From NCBI RefSeq assembly GCF_006345805.1, contig NC_043010.1, positions 19,468,001 to 19,532,000 of the forward strand: a DNA stretch of 64,000 nt, written 5' to 3'. Below, piece by piece: positions 12,750 through 25,902 of this stretch. This stretch comes from Octopus sinensis (lineage: Eukaryota). The position numbers and the translations under genes are program-made. The notes beneath the pieces are model-generated. The model saw only the letters and a program-made list of their open reading frames with translations. It was not told the DNA's origin and did not search any database. Every line of letters starts with the position of its first letter. Positions within the stretch are counted from its first letter, which is position 1.

Positions 12750-13132
12750 CTTTTACTTGTTTCAGTCATTTGACTGTGGCCATGCTGTAGCACCGCCTTT
12801 AGTCGTGCAAATCAACCCCCATGACTTATTCTTTGTAAGCCTAGTACTTATTCTATCGGTTTCTTTTGCTGAACCACTAAGTTACGGGGTGTAAATACAC
12901 CGGCATCGGTTGTCAAGCGATGTTGGGGTGGACAAACACAGACACACAAACATATATACACACACACATACATATATACATATATACGATGGGCTTCTTT
13001 CAGTTTCCGTCTACCAAATCCACTCACAAGGCTATAGTAGAAAACACTTGCCCAAGGTGCCATGCAGTGGGACTGAACCTGGAACCATGTGGTTCGTAAG
13101 CAAGCTACTTACCACACAGCCACTCCTTCGCC
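12750..13132 (-). mobile_element. SINE family A copy
   Basis: Reverse-complement match to 10771-11181. Confidence 0.85.
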
Positions 13133-13194
<62 letters not shown>

Positions 13195-13304
13195 TATATA
13201 TATAGGAGGTACCAAAATCTTTTAAGTGCTTAGGGCCTCTATGGGTCTTAATCCAGCCCTGCTCTGTCTGTCTCTCTTTCTCTCTCTGTCTCTCTCTCTC
13301 TCTG

Positions 13305-13341
<37 letters not shown>

Positions 13342-14227
13342 AACTATCTATCTATCACTCTATCTCTGTCCATAGGTTGGCCTCATTCTACACCCATCAA
13401 CTCAACCACTCCTTACTAACGGGTCTTTCCGTTTCTTGTTAACAAATATTGTATGCATCACCCCTGACCATGCACACACTGTCACCAACCAGTCCTTCTG
13501 CCCCACAAAACGTCAACCTTCTGGAATTCCTGCTTTGCCGATGTTTTTTCTTGCATCAACTCCTTTGTAACTCCAGTTGGCCTGTGAAGACTTGGGGCCC
13601 CGAGTCCCTCCCTCTAGACAGATCTAATAAAACAGGCCAATATATGTCTGATAGAAAGTGTGTTAGTAAGGGACAAAGAGAGGTAGGGGAAAGTAAGGCA
13701 TATTTAATGCGACAAGGCAGATAGGAGGAGAGACATTAGCAATCTAGTGTGAAATTAGGTTCAAAGTGACTGTCTGCACCGCCTCCAACACACACACACA
13801 CCACACATAAACCTCCCTCTTTCTCTCTCTCTCTCTCTCTCACACACACTCCCTATCTCCCTCTCTTACTAATCTGTTTATTACACCCTCACTCTATAAA
13901 CTTACTCTTTTTCCTGATACTCCTGCTCTCCCTTCTCTATGTCAAACACCATCCCAACACTACCGCCACCACCACCACCTCTGCCATTGCATATATTGCT
14001 ATGTCAAAACTTACAACTGAGTTTTTGATTCTGTTCTAGAAATCTGTTGTGTACATCTAGACACGCACACACTTTGTGTGTGTGTGTATCTATATTACAG
14101 CATGATACATATGTGTGTGTGTGTGTGCACGCGCGCGCATGTGTATCTATCTATCTATCTATCTATCTATCTAATATATATATATATATAGATATATATA
14201 TATATAATATATATATTATATATATAT

Positions 14228-14595
14228 TCTTTTACTCTTTTACTTGTTTCGGTCATTTGACTGCGGCCATGCTGAAGCACCGCCTTTATTTGAACAAATC
14301 GACCCCCAGAACTTACTCTAGTACTTATTCTCTCGGTCTCTTTTGCCAAACCGCTAGGTTAAAGGGATGTAAACACACCAGCATCGGTTGTCAAGCGATG
14401 GTGGGGACACACACACAAACACGCAAACATATTCATACGATGGGCTTCTTTAAGTTTATGTCTACCAAATCCACTCACAAGGCTTTGGTCGGCCTCAGGC
14501 TATCGTAGAAGACACTTGCCCAAGGTACCACACAGTGGGACTGAACCTAGAACTATGTGGTTGGGAAGTGAGCTTCTTACCACACAGCCATGCCT
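14228..14595 (-). mobile_element. SINE family A copy
   Basis: Reverse-complement match to 10771-11181. Confidence 0.85.
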
Positions 14596-14982
14596 AAAAG
14601 ATTTGGGGAGTTTTCGTCAGGGTGATTCAAACTGATAGGTGTACAATCTGAGTGCTCAAATTGGTATGGCACTAAAATTCCAGTTTGAACTGCAGTTGAA
14701 CATATGATTTTGTGACTGCCTTTCTAAAGCACCTAGAAGTCACTTCTCCTTGAGCCGGTAGGTATAGATTAAAACAGATATGGAAAGGCAAATATGGTTG
14801 GACAAGACTTGACAAGTATATTTAATTTAGCTATTTTATTTTTATGGAGATGTACTTGCATAGCAAGTGACCTGATCTGAGATCGTGCGCTGGAACGCAA
14901 ACAATTGCAGCATGGAAGGTGTTTATAAGCCATTTAAGAAACACACAAAAACCGTTAGATTCACTTCAACATTTAAATTTAA

Positions 14983-15033
14983 TTTGCCAAAATATTTTTG
15001 TTGCTTTCAGGCCACAACCTGTTCACTGACAAA
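14983..15033 (-). ncRNA. Decayed type I hammerhead motif, G3-C8 core variant
   Basis: Minus strand reads tttgtca-GTGAACA-g-gttgt(ggcctgaaa)gcaac-aAAA-atat-TT-tggcaaa; G12 replaced by A; overlaps a palindrome with 23-bp arms at 15015-15061. Confidence 0.5.
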
Positions 15034-15649
15034 ATTCTGAATTTTGTCAGTGAACAGGTTGCAGTGTGTGTGTTCATAAGTATATATCTTTTACTCTCAT
15101 TTCATTCCTCTGACTGCAGCCATGTTGGGGTCCAGTACTGAAGGATGCAGTTGACCAAATCGACCCCAGTATTTATTTTTAAGTCTAGCACTAATTCTTA
15201 CTACCAAACCACAGAATTATGAGAATATAAACAAACCATCACCAATTGTCAAGCAGTGAGACTCCTACATATATGCACACAAAACACGCACACACATTTG
15301 AATATATATATATATATTAATTTTATTGTATTTTGTATTTATATTCGTGTAACATTGTCTGTTTTCCGTCCTTGTTTTCAGATACATTCGATGCTTTCTT
15401 CCAAGGAATCTAATGCTCTTAGCTTAGTTTTTCCTTGGGGCTGGCCAGATTGGAGCAATCTCAAGATTAATCAGCCAAAATTGCGAGGATGATCCGGTTC
15501 TTGACTGAGGATAGAAAGCTTTGAATGATCCGTCCTTGTTTTTTTGTATCGTCTATCTGGATGTTTTGTTGTCCCTTTTTGTATCATCTAGTTGTCCAGA
15601 TGTTTTGCGTTCTTGCCCCATTTTGTATTTTATATATGTATATATATAT

Positions 15650-15812
15650 ATGGCTGTGTAGTAAGAAAGTTGCTTCACAATCACATGTTCTGGGTTCAGT
15701 CCCACTGTGTGACACCTTGGACAAGTATCTTCTACTATAGCCTTGGGCTGACCAAAGCCTTGTGAGTGGATTTGGTACATGGAAACTGGAAGAAACCCAT
15801 TGTATGTATGTA

Positions 15813-15865
<53 letters not shown>

Positions 15866-16102
15866 TTATGTATATGTATGTATGTTTTTGAATGTCTGTT
15901 TTTGTCCCCCACCCCCCACCAACATCGCTCAGCAACGGATGTTGGTGTGTTTATGTCTCTGTAACTTAGCAGTTTGGCAAAAGAGACCAATAGAATAAGC
16001 CCAAGGCTTACAAAGAATAAGTTCTGGGGTCAATTCATTCAGCTAAAGGCAGTGCTCCAGCATGGCCACAGTCAAATGACTGAAACAAGTAAAAAGTAAA
16101 AG
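15650..16102 (+). mobile_element. SINE family A copy
   Basis: Match to 10771-11181. Confidence 0.85.
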
Positions 16103-16219
16103 AATATATATATCCCAATATCACAGTATCAACGAAGACCATCAGATGTTGTTGCACACCACTGATCACAATGCACTTCCATTTCTGTCTTGATTTCACC
16201 ATTCTTTTCCCTCTTGACC

Positions 16220-16790
16220 TAAAGTACTTGACTGGATCATCTTCCCATCAACGTGAAGGCCTTCCAAATGGTCTATTCCGATCTGTTGGGTACCATTTGG
16301 CAACTGCATGGATCCACCCGATGTCTGTGATCCATGTCACATATCCAGCCCAGCGGTACTTGTGCTCTCAGTACTCTGCGATAAAATTGTGCGCTCTGCT
16401 CCATTCTCGAATTATCTCATTCTGAATGTGCTCTCTCGGGGATATTCCTTGCATGGATCCTTCCATAGCCCTTTGCATCATAGCCAATCAATGTTCAGTC
16501 CTCTTCAGAGTGGCCCACTTTCCGCTTGCATATAACAGCACTGTTAGGACAGTGTTACTGAAGAATCTGACACATATGGCATTGTCTACCTTGGCCTTGA
16601 GCCCATCCTTTATTCAGTTAAATGTCTTCTTCCGTTCTGCCCTTGATCTCTTTAAGATTTCAGCATCCATATCTTGGTGCATATTCATTGTGCGCCCTAG
16701 CCAGAAGTACTCCTTTACCTCCTCTGTTTCATTGTTTCTCACCTCTATTTGACCTTATACTCTGTCTTCCAGTTGCATATATTTTAAAAG
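16220..16790 (-). mobile_element. RTE-clade LINE, decayed 3' ORF fragment
   Basis: Minus-strand translation gives KYRWAGYV..., WYPTDRNRPFGRP, resembling the RTE C-terminal W.GHV.R / KR..GRP motifs. Confidence 0.65.
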
Positions 16791-17528
16791 ATACCCTTTG
16801 CCTGAAGAGTAACCGGCTGTATACATCTCGCTTGGATAATTGTCACTTCTGATGTTCCGCTTGCTATGAAACATACATCACCCAAATCTTTCCTACGCCA
16901 TTCCATAACTCTTGTACTCTTATTCGCACACTTGGTAACCCTTGTCACCTGCCGTGAAATATGAAAAGAACTTTTTCAGTTTATCGTAGTTCGATATGAA
17001 AAAGATTCACAACCTTCAATCTCAATAAACTTCTATTATCCTAAATGCTGTTTTTTTTTTTATATTTACTACAGACTGCTTGAAGCTAACTTCCTTTCTG
17101 TTCCTTCTTCCTTGGATTTTACATTTTTATTCAGAGAAGACCTACTTTTGCCTGTCCCTTGTCACAGCTCCTTTCTCCAGCGTTCACCATTTCACCTCAT
17201 TATGGCTTAACAGCCTTCACCATTTGTTTTTACTGTTTTGTTCTTAATGTCCTGATTTTGTTACCCCTTTAACCCTCTACAAAAATCCCAAATTTTATTT
17301 AATTTGCTTCGCGTGAATGACTGCTTTAACGAAATCGAGTCTTCTCCCTACCTTCGAAACGCGGAATAGATAAGACAGGGAACAACTGATGAAGGGATTG
17401 TTCTTTATATTGCCTGTCTCCTTTCTCTATTTGTTTATTTGTCCGAAAATAAGTTGGTTTTTTCATGTTTTTGTTTTTTTATGTTCTCATTTTCATTTTG
17501 TTCATGTACCCTGAGTGCTGTGTATAGG

Positions 17529-17909
17529 TGTAGGAGTGGCTGTGTGGTAAGTAGCTTGCTTACCAACCACATGGTTCCAGGTTCAGTCCCACTATGTTAC
17601 ACCTTGGGCAAGTGTCCTCTACGATAGCCTGAGGCTGACCAAAGCCCTGTGAGTGGATTTGGTAGACGGAAACTGAAAAGAAGCCCATCGTATATACGTA
17701 TATAATGTTTGTGTGTCTGTGTTTGTCCCCACAACATCGCTTGACAACCGATGCTGGTGTGTTTACGTCCCCTTAACTTAGCGGTTCAGCAAAAGAAACC
17801 GATAGAATAAGTACTAGGCTTGCAAAGAATAAGTTTTGGGGTCAATTTGCTCGACTAAAGGCAGTGCTCCAGCATGGCCACAGTCAAATGACTGAAACAA
17901 GTAAAAGAG
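17529..17909 (+). mobile_element. SINE family A copy
   Basis: Match to 10771-11181. Confidence 0.9.
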
Positions 17910-17980
17910 TATATATGTATGTATATATACATATATATGTAGATATGTACATATATGTATGTATATATGCATATATATAT

Positions 17981-18026
<46 letters not shown>

Positions 18027-18049
18027 CATTTTTATGATTATTATATATA

Positions 18050-18412
18050 TATATAAAGGCGAAAGAAAAAGTATTTTCTATACCAATGTGCTGAAAAATA
18101 GACTTTAGATCATCTAACCACAAACAATGTGGAGGCACATGGCCTAGTGGTTAGAGCAGCGGACTCGCAGTCGAGGGATCGCGGGTTCGAATCTCAGACC
18201 GGGCGATTTCCTTTATAAATACACTGCATGATGAAATGTGGAAAGCAAGCTAACAGAAATTATTTAAAATTCCGTTAAAATTTCTGTTAGCTTGCTTTCC
18301 TCATTTCATCATGCTGTGTATTATAGACAAAAATATTGTATGTGGTTAGATGATCTAAAGTCTAGTTTTCAGCACATAGGTATGGAAAATATTTTTTCTT
18401 TTGTCCCTATTT
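18050..18412. repeat. Diverged fold-back element with a SINE D head inserted in the left arm
   Basis: gactttagatcatctaacca / tggttagatgatctaaagtc and gcatgatgaaatg...taacagaaatt / aatttctgtta...catttcatcatgc; insert at 18129-18207. Confidence 0.85.
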
Positions 18413-19290
18413 ATAATTGTTTATAATTTTCACCTTAAAAGCTATTTTAATATGCTGGCCACTGATAGGAATTTTTTGAAGAATTTCATCTTTATATTAG
18501 AAGTATATATATATATATAATCCTCTTCATCAGACTCTGAATTCATCCTTTACATTGCTAGAACCACATCACAAACACTGGCTCTTCTCTGCAGGGTTAG
18601 AAAATAGTTCAGCCTCCAACAGTTCCTGGTACTCTACAAGGCCCAAATTTATGGCCCATGATAGAGCATTATTACTACATCTGGAATGGAACAGCTTCCT
18701 CACCTTACACTCAGCCGAGCATGTGATTAGTGAGAACACAGCTTATCTGCGGATTTTCCATATCTCTGTTTTACTTTGTGTTACCATTTTTTTATCCATG
18801 CCATCTTACACACACATATACATACAATGTATGTACCTGTGTGTCTGTGTTTGTGTGTGTGTGTATGCAAGAGATAGCTAGTAATATGATGTTGTGGTAT
18901 GACATATTTTGACCCCGAGCAGCACAGATGTAAAGGGCCAGTCTGCTTAATGACAAAAGAGGTTATGGATAACAAGGAACTAGAAAGGGGTGGGTGGGTG
19001 GAGGGAGGGAACAAGAGAGTAGAGTCTGTCTGTGTGTCTGTCACCTAGTTAGGTTATATTATAAGACAATTGAATTGTCAGTCAGTGGGATTACGTACCC
19101 CATGACATCCTGGTAACTGAGGTTGAGGTGTAAGGGTGCTATTGGGATTTGTCTGCAATTGTTTCATAATATGAGAGGACCAGGGTGAACCTTCGCCCAC
19201 ATCTGTTACCACCCATGCATACTTGACTCTGCAAACTCCATCCAACCCATGCCAGCATGGAAAAGTGGCTGTTATGATGATGATGATATA

Positions 19291-19321
<31 letters not shown>

Positions 19322-19755
19322 CAACAACAACAGCACTGGTGAGTGAGGCTGACAAACTGATGTAGATTCTCTGCTGTATTATAGTAAACACACCATGTAT
19401 TGAGTTCTTTTTTTCCTGTCTCTATAAATGATCCTTTATATATACATGTGTGCGAAACATGCATGCATACATCCATCCATCTATCCATACATACATACAT
19501 ACATACATATATACATACATACATACAAACAAATACACATATACATATAGACACATACATATACATACACACATATATATATACACATGCGTGCACACAC
19601 ACACATACATATATTTATGAATTTATACAACTTTAAATCCTGTTGTAACACTTATGCCATTACATGCTATTATTACAATATTCACATATGTGGCATTAAT
19701 GATAATAAATGTATGTATGTGTGTGTATATATATGGTTGTATATGTGTGTGTGTG

Positions 19756-19801
<46 letters not shown>

Positions 19802-20894
19802 ATATATAATATATATATATATTATATATATATTATATATATATATATACACACATATACATATATATATATAATGTATAATATGTCTGCAGCATTGCTA
19901 AGTCTGCGCTGTCTGGAATTACACTCCATGAGCAATCTGTGTTGCAACCAATTTAGGAGAGATGGGAATAGTGGAGACGTCTTTCTTATAGAATAACACA
20001 CACACACACACACACGTATTATGTAATGCCCACATATACACAATACCCTATATTTAAGACCACACAGATTAATGTTTGTCTGTCTCATTCAAACTCTGCT
20101 TACCATTGAGAGCCTCAAGAGACTCTTTGTCTTGTTATTCATTCACAGACTCCTTCTTGAAATGTGAGAGTTCAGTTCTCTTCATCTTTCCTATTTCTTT
20201 GTTTGTTGCTATTGTTATTTAGCCCCAGGCCAGCTTTGATCATGCAGGCCCATGATCAGAAGTGCTCCATCTGCAATTACATTTTACCCATAATGCCTTC
20301 CTATTTGAAGACATTAAGTTGTGGTTTGAGAGACATTTAGTTACTATTTCTAACAGGTCAACTGACCACTTAGAGGGAATTTTTTTATTGTTGGAGTGCT
20401 CTAAGATCATGTTAGAATTAAAGCTGGAGTTCTTCTTATTAACCTATTTCAACTCTTCTGGTTTGAGAACATGCCTAACCTCCACCCAAGAGTCATGTTG
20501 AAGCCAACACAGACCTCCTTGTCTGAGGTGTGTTGAGTCATACACAGACTGACACACTTCTGAGGTGTGTGAGTATATTTTGCTGCTGCAGCTTTGCAAA
20601 GCACTTGGAGGTTGCTGGCATTGTATCTACAAGATATATTCAACACATATTGTAAATATATTGTAAGGCACATTCTTTGTTCACATAATTGTTAAAGAGG
20701 TACCAGATTCCAAGGGAAGTTATCAGTGAATGACTACTGTCTCTTCCAGAATGATATTTAACTCTCATCTATGGAAAACAAAGGAATCCAAATGCACTAG
20801 TTTTGTTGAGAATGTTTGTAAAACTGATGTCTGAGGAAAAGAGGGAAGAGCAGTGTTGATTCACTTAGGGTACCCATTTACAGGAGTGAAGCGA

Positions 20895-21185
20895 GCGTGA
20901 TCGTTACCAGCGTCGCCTTACTGGCACCTGTGCCAGTGGCATGTGTAAAAAGATTCGAGCGAGGTCATTGCCAGTACCGCCTGACTGGCCCCCGTGCCAG
21001 TGGCAGTAAAAAGCACCCACTACACTCTCGGAGTGGTTGGCGTCAAGAAGAGCATCCAACTGTAGAAACTCTTCCAGATCAAGATTGGAGCCTGGAGCAG
21101 CCATCTGGTTTGCCAGCCCTCAGTCAAAATTGTCCAACCCATGCTAGCATGGAAAGCGGATGTTAAACGATGATGATGATGATGA
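20895..21185 (+). mobile_element. SINE family C copy
   Basis: Ends gcggatgttaaacgatgatgatgat; internal short tandem repeats. Confidence 0.8.
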
Positions 21186-23102
21186 CAAGTCTAACATATT
21201 GTGGGCTGCAGTATCCTAAATTCTTGATCCTTTCAAAAAGGACCTTGTCACTGTTTCAGACCCTTCTAGTGATAAACAAAGCTAACAGTTTGACATCAGA
21301 ATTCTGTTTATTTTTGTTTTATTTTGCTTATGTTTTTGTGGATGAAAGTTAAAGCTCATCCTGGAAGAGTTACAGTAAGATTGTCAACTTGATAGAGAGG
21401 TTTGGCAGATCAGAAGCTACAGATCTGTGCCTGGTACACAGTCAACTACCAATGATGTTCTACTTCATCAACAACAACAATAACAGTAGCAACAACAACA
21501 ATATCTGTTATTCACTGTAATACTTCTTCTTTGTTCTGTACCACATTACTTGTGAACATTGACTCCAACTCAAGAATGCAGTATGTCTTTCACTGGAGTT
21601 TCCGTGGCTATGGTCTCGGATCACTGACATGATTTGCCAGCCAACTTACAGGGTATTTTTATGAATGGCTGTTGGCTTACATTGACTCCCCCTGTCCTTT
21701 CACAGGCCTTGTTTTTAGTTCTGCAAAGTGTCCACAACATCCTCCTCACCTGGTAGGCCAAGTGGGGGAGCCAGTTTGGTTGCTGACCACTCAACCATGA
21801 AAGAGGTAGTGCTGGGTCATATAGCACCAGCAGCAGGATTTTCCTGACCTGAAGTTACACAATAATACAGTATATCTTATGCATCAGACTCTGAGTTAAT
21901 ATGTCTTTCCAGACACTGCGCTAAGTCCTTGGACAAGACACTCCACTCTACCTCAGACTGTCTTGCAGTAAGCTGTTAAACTAAAGACAATATCTGCTCA
22001 CAAAGATGATATGATATTTCTTGTGATGAAAGAAAATGTCTATCTGGTGCTGGTGGTGGTGTGTTTAAAATTATATTGACTCACCAGATATCACAGATTG
22101 TAGTTAGAACTGAAGTCTGATTCCAATGATAAGGTTAACTGAGACAACCTTATCATTGGAACCTTATATTCTTCCTTTTCCTCTTCTTTCTTCGGGTTTA
22201 AATTTCCATGTCACCTTTCACCCTCTTTCTCTTGCATGTTTACATTAACTCCCTCTCTTATTCAGGCGCTCACATCTTAGAATCCTCTGCTCTATTCTCT
22301 GTCTATCTATCTATCTATCTCTTCATTGATTCCACTTCTTCCACCTCTCTCTTTTTTCTCTCCCTTTCTCTCTATCTCTCCATTCTCCATTACCAACACC
22401 AGCATCACCACCAATGCCTCTGCTACCACCCCTACCAAAACTGTCTATGTATGGTATCTGAGTTACTTCCCTTAGTGTTATACAAAAGGCCAATGGGCAG
22501 ATGGGAGCATACTAATATATAAGATAGTCTAGTGAACAAAAACTAATTTTCCTAAGTTCCAATGACTAGTCACTTCTACTTTGTGGTACCTATTTACAGC
22601 AAAGTAAACTGGGCTTTATACGTGTATATATGTATTATGTAGATGACAAATCTTTAAAAGCATAGATATCAATTGATAATATTTCATCAGCATAGCTGGA
22701 TGGCACTGTTGTATCACATAATTTCACTGTCAGCCAAACACTGAATGCCAGACAAAAAAAAAAAAATCAACCTAAGTGTGGTACCTTGGGCAAATGTCCT
22801 CTACTATAGCCCCAGGCCAACCAAAGGTTTGTGAGTGGATTTAGTAGACAGCAGCTGAAAGAAGAAAGAATCCCATCATTTGTGTGTGTATGTGTGGGGG
22901 TGTCTTTGTGTCTGTGTTTGGCAACTGGTGTTGGTGTGTTTATGTCCCCCACAACTTCGTAGTTCAGCAAAACAGACCAAGAGAATAAGTAGCAGGCCTA
23001 AAAGAATTAAGCATTAAGTACCTTGATCAATTCATTTAACTAACAAGCAATTCTTCAAGGCAGTGCTCCAGCATGGCCACAGTCTAATGATTGAAACAAG
23101 TA

Positions 23103-23134
<32 letters not shown>

Positions 23135-23229
23135 TATTTTATTTAATTTTATTTGTTAGGGAATAAAAATTCTGGCATAACAGGGGTTCAAATTATTCTC
23201 AATGAGGAAATATATATTTTTATTTAGAG

Positions 23230-23519
23230 ATAGTTGGCCCCTTCATCCCACCATGTAAAAGGATTTTAATTTAAATACTTACTACTTATATCTTGGCTAC
23301 ACATGTTTCTTGAGGTACATTTCCTGGTTCCTTAACCACGCCATGTTTTGCTGGAACCCTTCTTAATGATTGGGGTTATATTTTAAGAAGGGTTCCAGCA
23401 AAACATGGCATGGTTAAGGAACTAGGAAATGTACCTCAAGAAATACGTGTAGCCAAGATATAAGTAGTAAGTATTTAAATTAAAATCCTTTTATATGGTG
23501 GGATGAAGGGGCCTACTAT
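23230..23519. repeat. Fold-back element, ~137-bp arms, 16-bp spacer
   Basis: 23230-23366 is the near-perfect reverse complement of 23383-23519; lies near (TA)n. Confidence 0.9.
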
Positions 23520-23841
23520 TTGTTAATGAAAAAAAATATATATAGATATGTATATATAAAAGTTTTTGTCAGTACTTTACATTCGGAAACGAAATTGTGC
23601 TTACAGGGATTTATAAGACTTGGATGGAGTACAAATTCAAATAATAATAAAAAAAATAAAAAAATAAAATATATAGTAAAAATAATAAGATATAAAATGT
23701 AGGTGAACTAATATATAATAACATGAAAACCGTCCATGTGTGTGTAGATACATGTAGATACTTTTATTACTCCTTAACTCATAAACAAGCAAAAGAGCAG
23801 TTGTACTATATACAGAGTATTGTCTCCATTAAACACTCCCT

Positions 23842-23872
<31 letters not shown>

Positions 23873-24402
23873 ACACACATATGATTATCCCTGGAAATTT
23901 AGTTGCCCTTGGAAATTGAACCTAAACTGTGGCCTTTGAACTTTCTAAGTTTTCAAGCTTAAATCCCTGTTGACTGAGTCAGGATTAGTACAGACTGTAA
24001 TCTTTCTTTGTCCAGGGAACAGCGGGGGAAAGTGCTCGGTAATAATTACTTCCATTTGATGTTGTGGCTGTGATTCCAGATGACTTCAACTATTCCATAG
24101 TGAACTTCTTGAATGCCTTCCCCCTACCCCACCCTTACTGCCCCTACCATCGCATTCTGATAGATTTAATAGGATTTTGTGTGTGTGTTTGTGCCTGTGC
24201 GTGTGTGTCTGTGTGAGTGAGCATGTATTTGAGTGTTTGTGACTGAATGCATAGTGTGTGGATTTATGTGTATATTTGCATGTATGTGTGTGTATGTGTG
24301 TGCATTATACATATAAGTTCCTCATTTATGAATATATATATATATATATGTGTATATATATATATATATATACATACATATATACATATACACACACACA
24401 CA

Positions 24403-24448
<46 letters not shown>

Positions 24449-24985
24449 GTATATATATACATACAGACATATATATATATATATGTATGTATATGTATAT
24501 AAGCTCATTGAATGTGTGTCTGTGGGAGTGTGTGCTGTATATATGTCTCTATGTATATATGCATGTGTGTATGTGTTTGTGTGTGTGTGTGTGTGTGCGT
24601 GTGTGTGTGGTGAATGTAAATCTCATTTAACCCCATGGGGCAGTTTAGGAACAGTTTGCGTTCAATGTTGAGAAAATATTATTGCAGTCTTTTGTTCTCT
24701 TCAATGTATAAAAAGTGTTTGTAATTAAGGGCAGATAACTCGCTCTCTTCTCTGAGAAAAATTACTTAAAACATTTCATCATTTCCTTTATTTATTTATA
24801 AAAAAAAAAAATGATGCCAGAATCTTATGAAATTAGTGATGGTGTATTGTATTTCAGTGTTGGAAATATTGCAAAGGAAATTGTGTGTATGCTGTGTGGT
24901 GAGTTGTAATTTGAAGAATTCCTTATCAACTTGGTACAAAGACTTAGCTTATTCAGTGTTCACTATACTCTGTGTGTGTGTGTGT

Positions 24986-25032
<47 letters not shown>

Positions 25033-25902
25033 TCATTCTGTTTGTTTTTTATGTAATCCCTATTACACGGAACTCTTTCCTTGTAAACCTTATCACTCTA
25101 TTTTCTACGTGAACCCTATGTGATCATTCTTGTCCCTGTATGTGAACAACTCTGTGACATTATGACATGCTGTTCCCTCTCCATGACCCCTATTATGCTC
25201 TGTTCCCTCTGTATGGACCCTATTACACTCCATTCACTATGTGGCCTCTCTTATTCTCAGTGGACCCATTTTCATTGTATGAATTCCTCCCCTAATATAC
25301 AGCTCATAAGTGTACTGCTAGTTTGACTACTGCCACCACCACCACCACCACCACTACTATACCTCCTCATACCACCAATACTACTATTACTATAACACTA
25401 TTGATATTATTGGTACTACTACTACTGCTGGTTTAGATTTAGGGTTAGAATAAACACTTAGGATTAGCAATTAGGGACCAGTTTAAATGCCACCTTCTCA
25501 ATTACACATTATGAGTGAAAACCCCACCCCACCCCCACCCCCAGAAAACAGCTTCACTTTTCCATTCAGGAAAAATGAGGCAGAAATGTAAATATCTTCA
25601 GTTTTTTAATTTTTGTTCTCCAATTGTGGCCTCTACCATAATATATATCAAAACAGGAGATTGGAAAAACTTGCTGAATTTTTAATTCCATGTTACATAT
25701 GTTTCATTACAAGATAAGAGTCAACAAAGGTATACATTATCATCATCATCGTTTAAAGTCTGTTTTCCATGCTGGCATGGATTGGACAATCTGATAAGAG
25801 CCCAAGCTCCATTTCTCTTTTAGCATGGTTTCTACAGCTAGAGGCCCTTCCTAATGCCAACCACTTTACAGAGTGTACTGGGTTCATTTACACGGCACCA
25901 GT

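Larger units (their letters stand above)
11246..13261. mobile_element. hAT-like MITE expanded by nested insertions
   Basis: TIRs cagtgctggattaa (11246) / ttaatccagccctg (13261); no TSD visible. Confidence 0.55.

Noticed and set aside
15340-15630. Repeat containing ctgagga...gaatg, a hammerhead-like string
   Set aside because: Stems could not be built convincingly
18129-18207. Possible tRNA gene
   Set aside because: Matches the head of SINE family D; no proper acceptor stem
24016-24038. Possible micro-exon (tttctttgtccag|ggaacagcgggggaaagtgctcg|gtaata)
   Set aside because: Splice-like signals alone are not enough without transcript evidence
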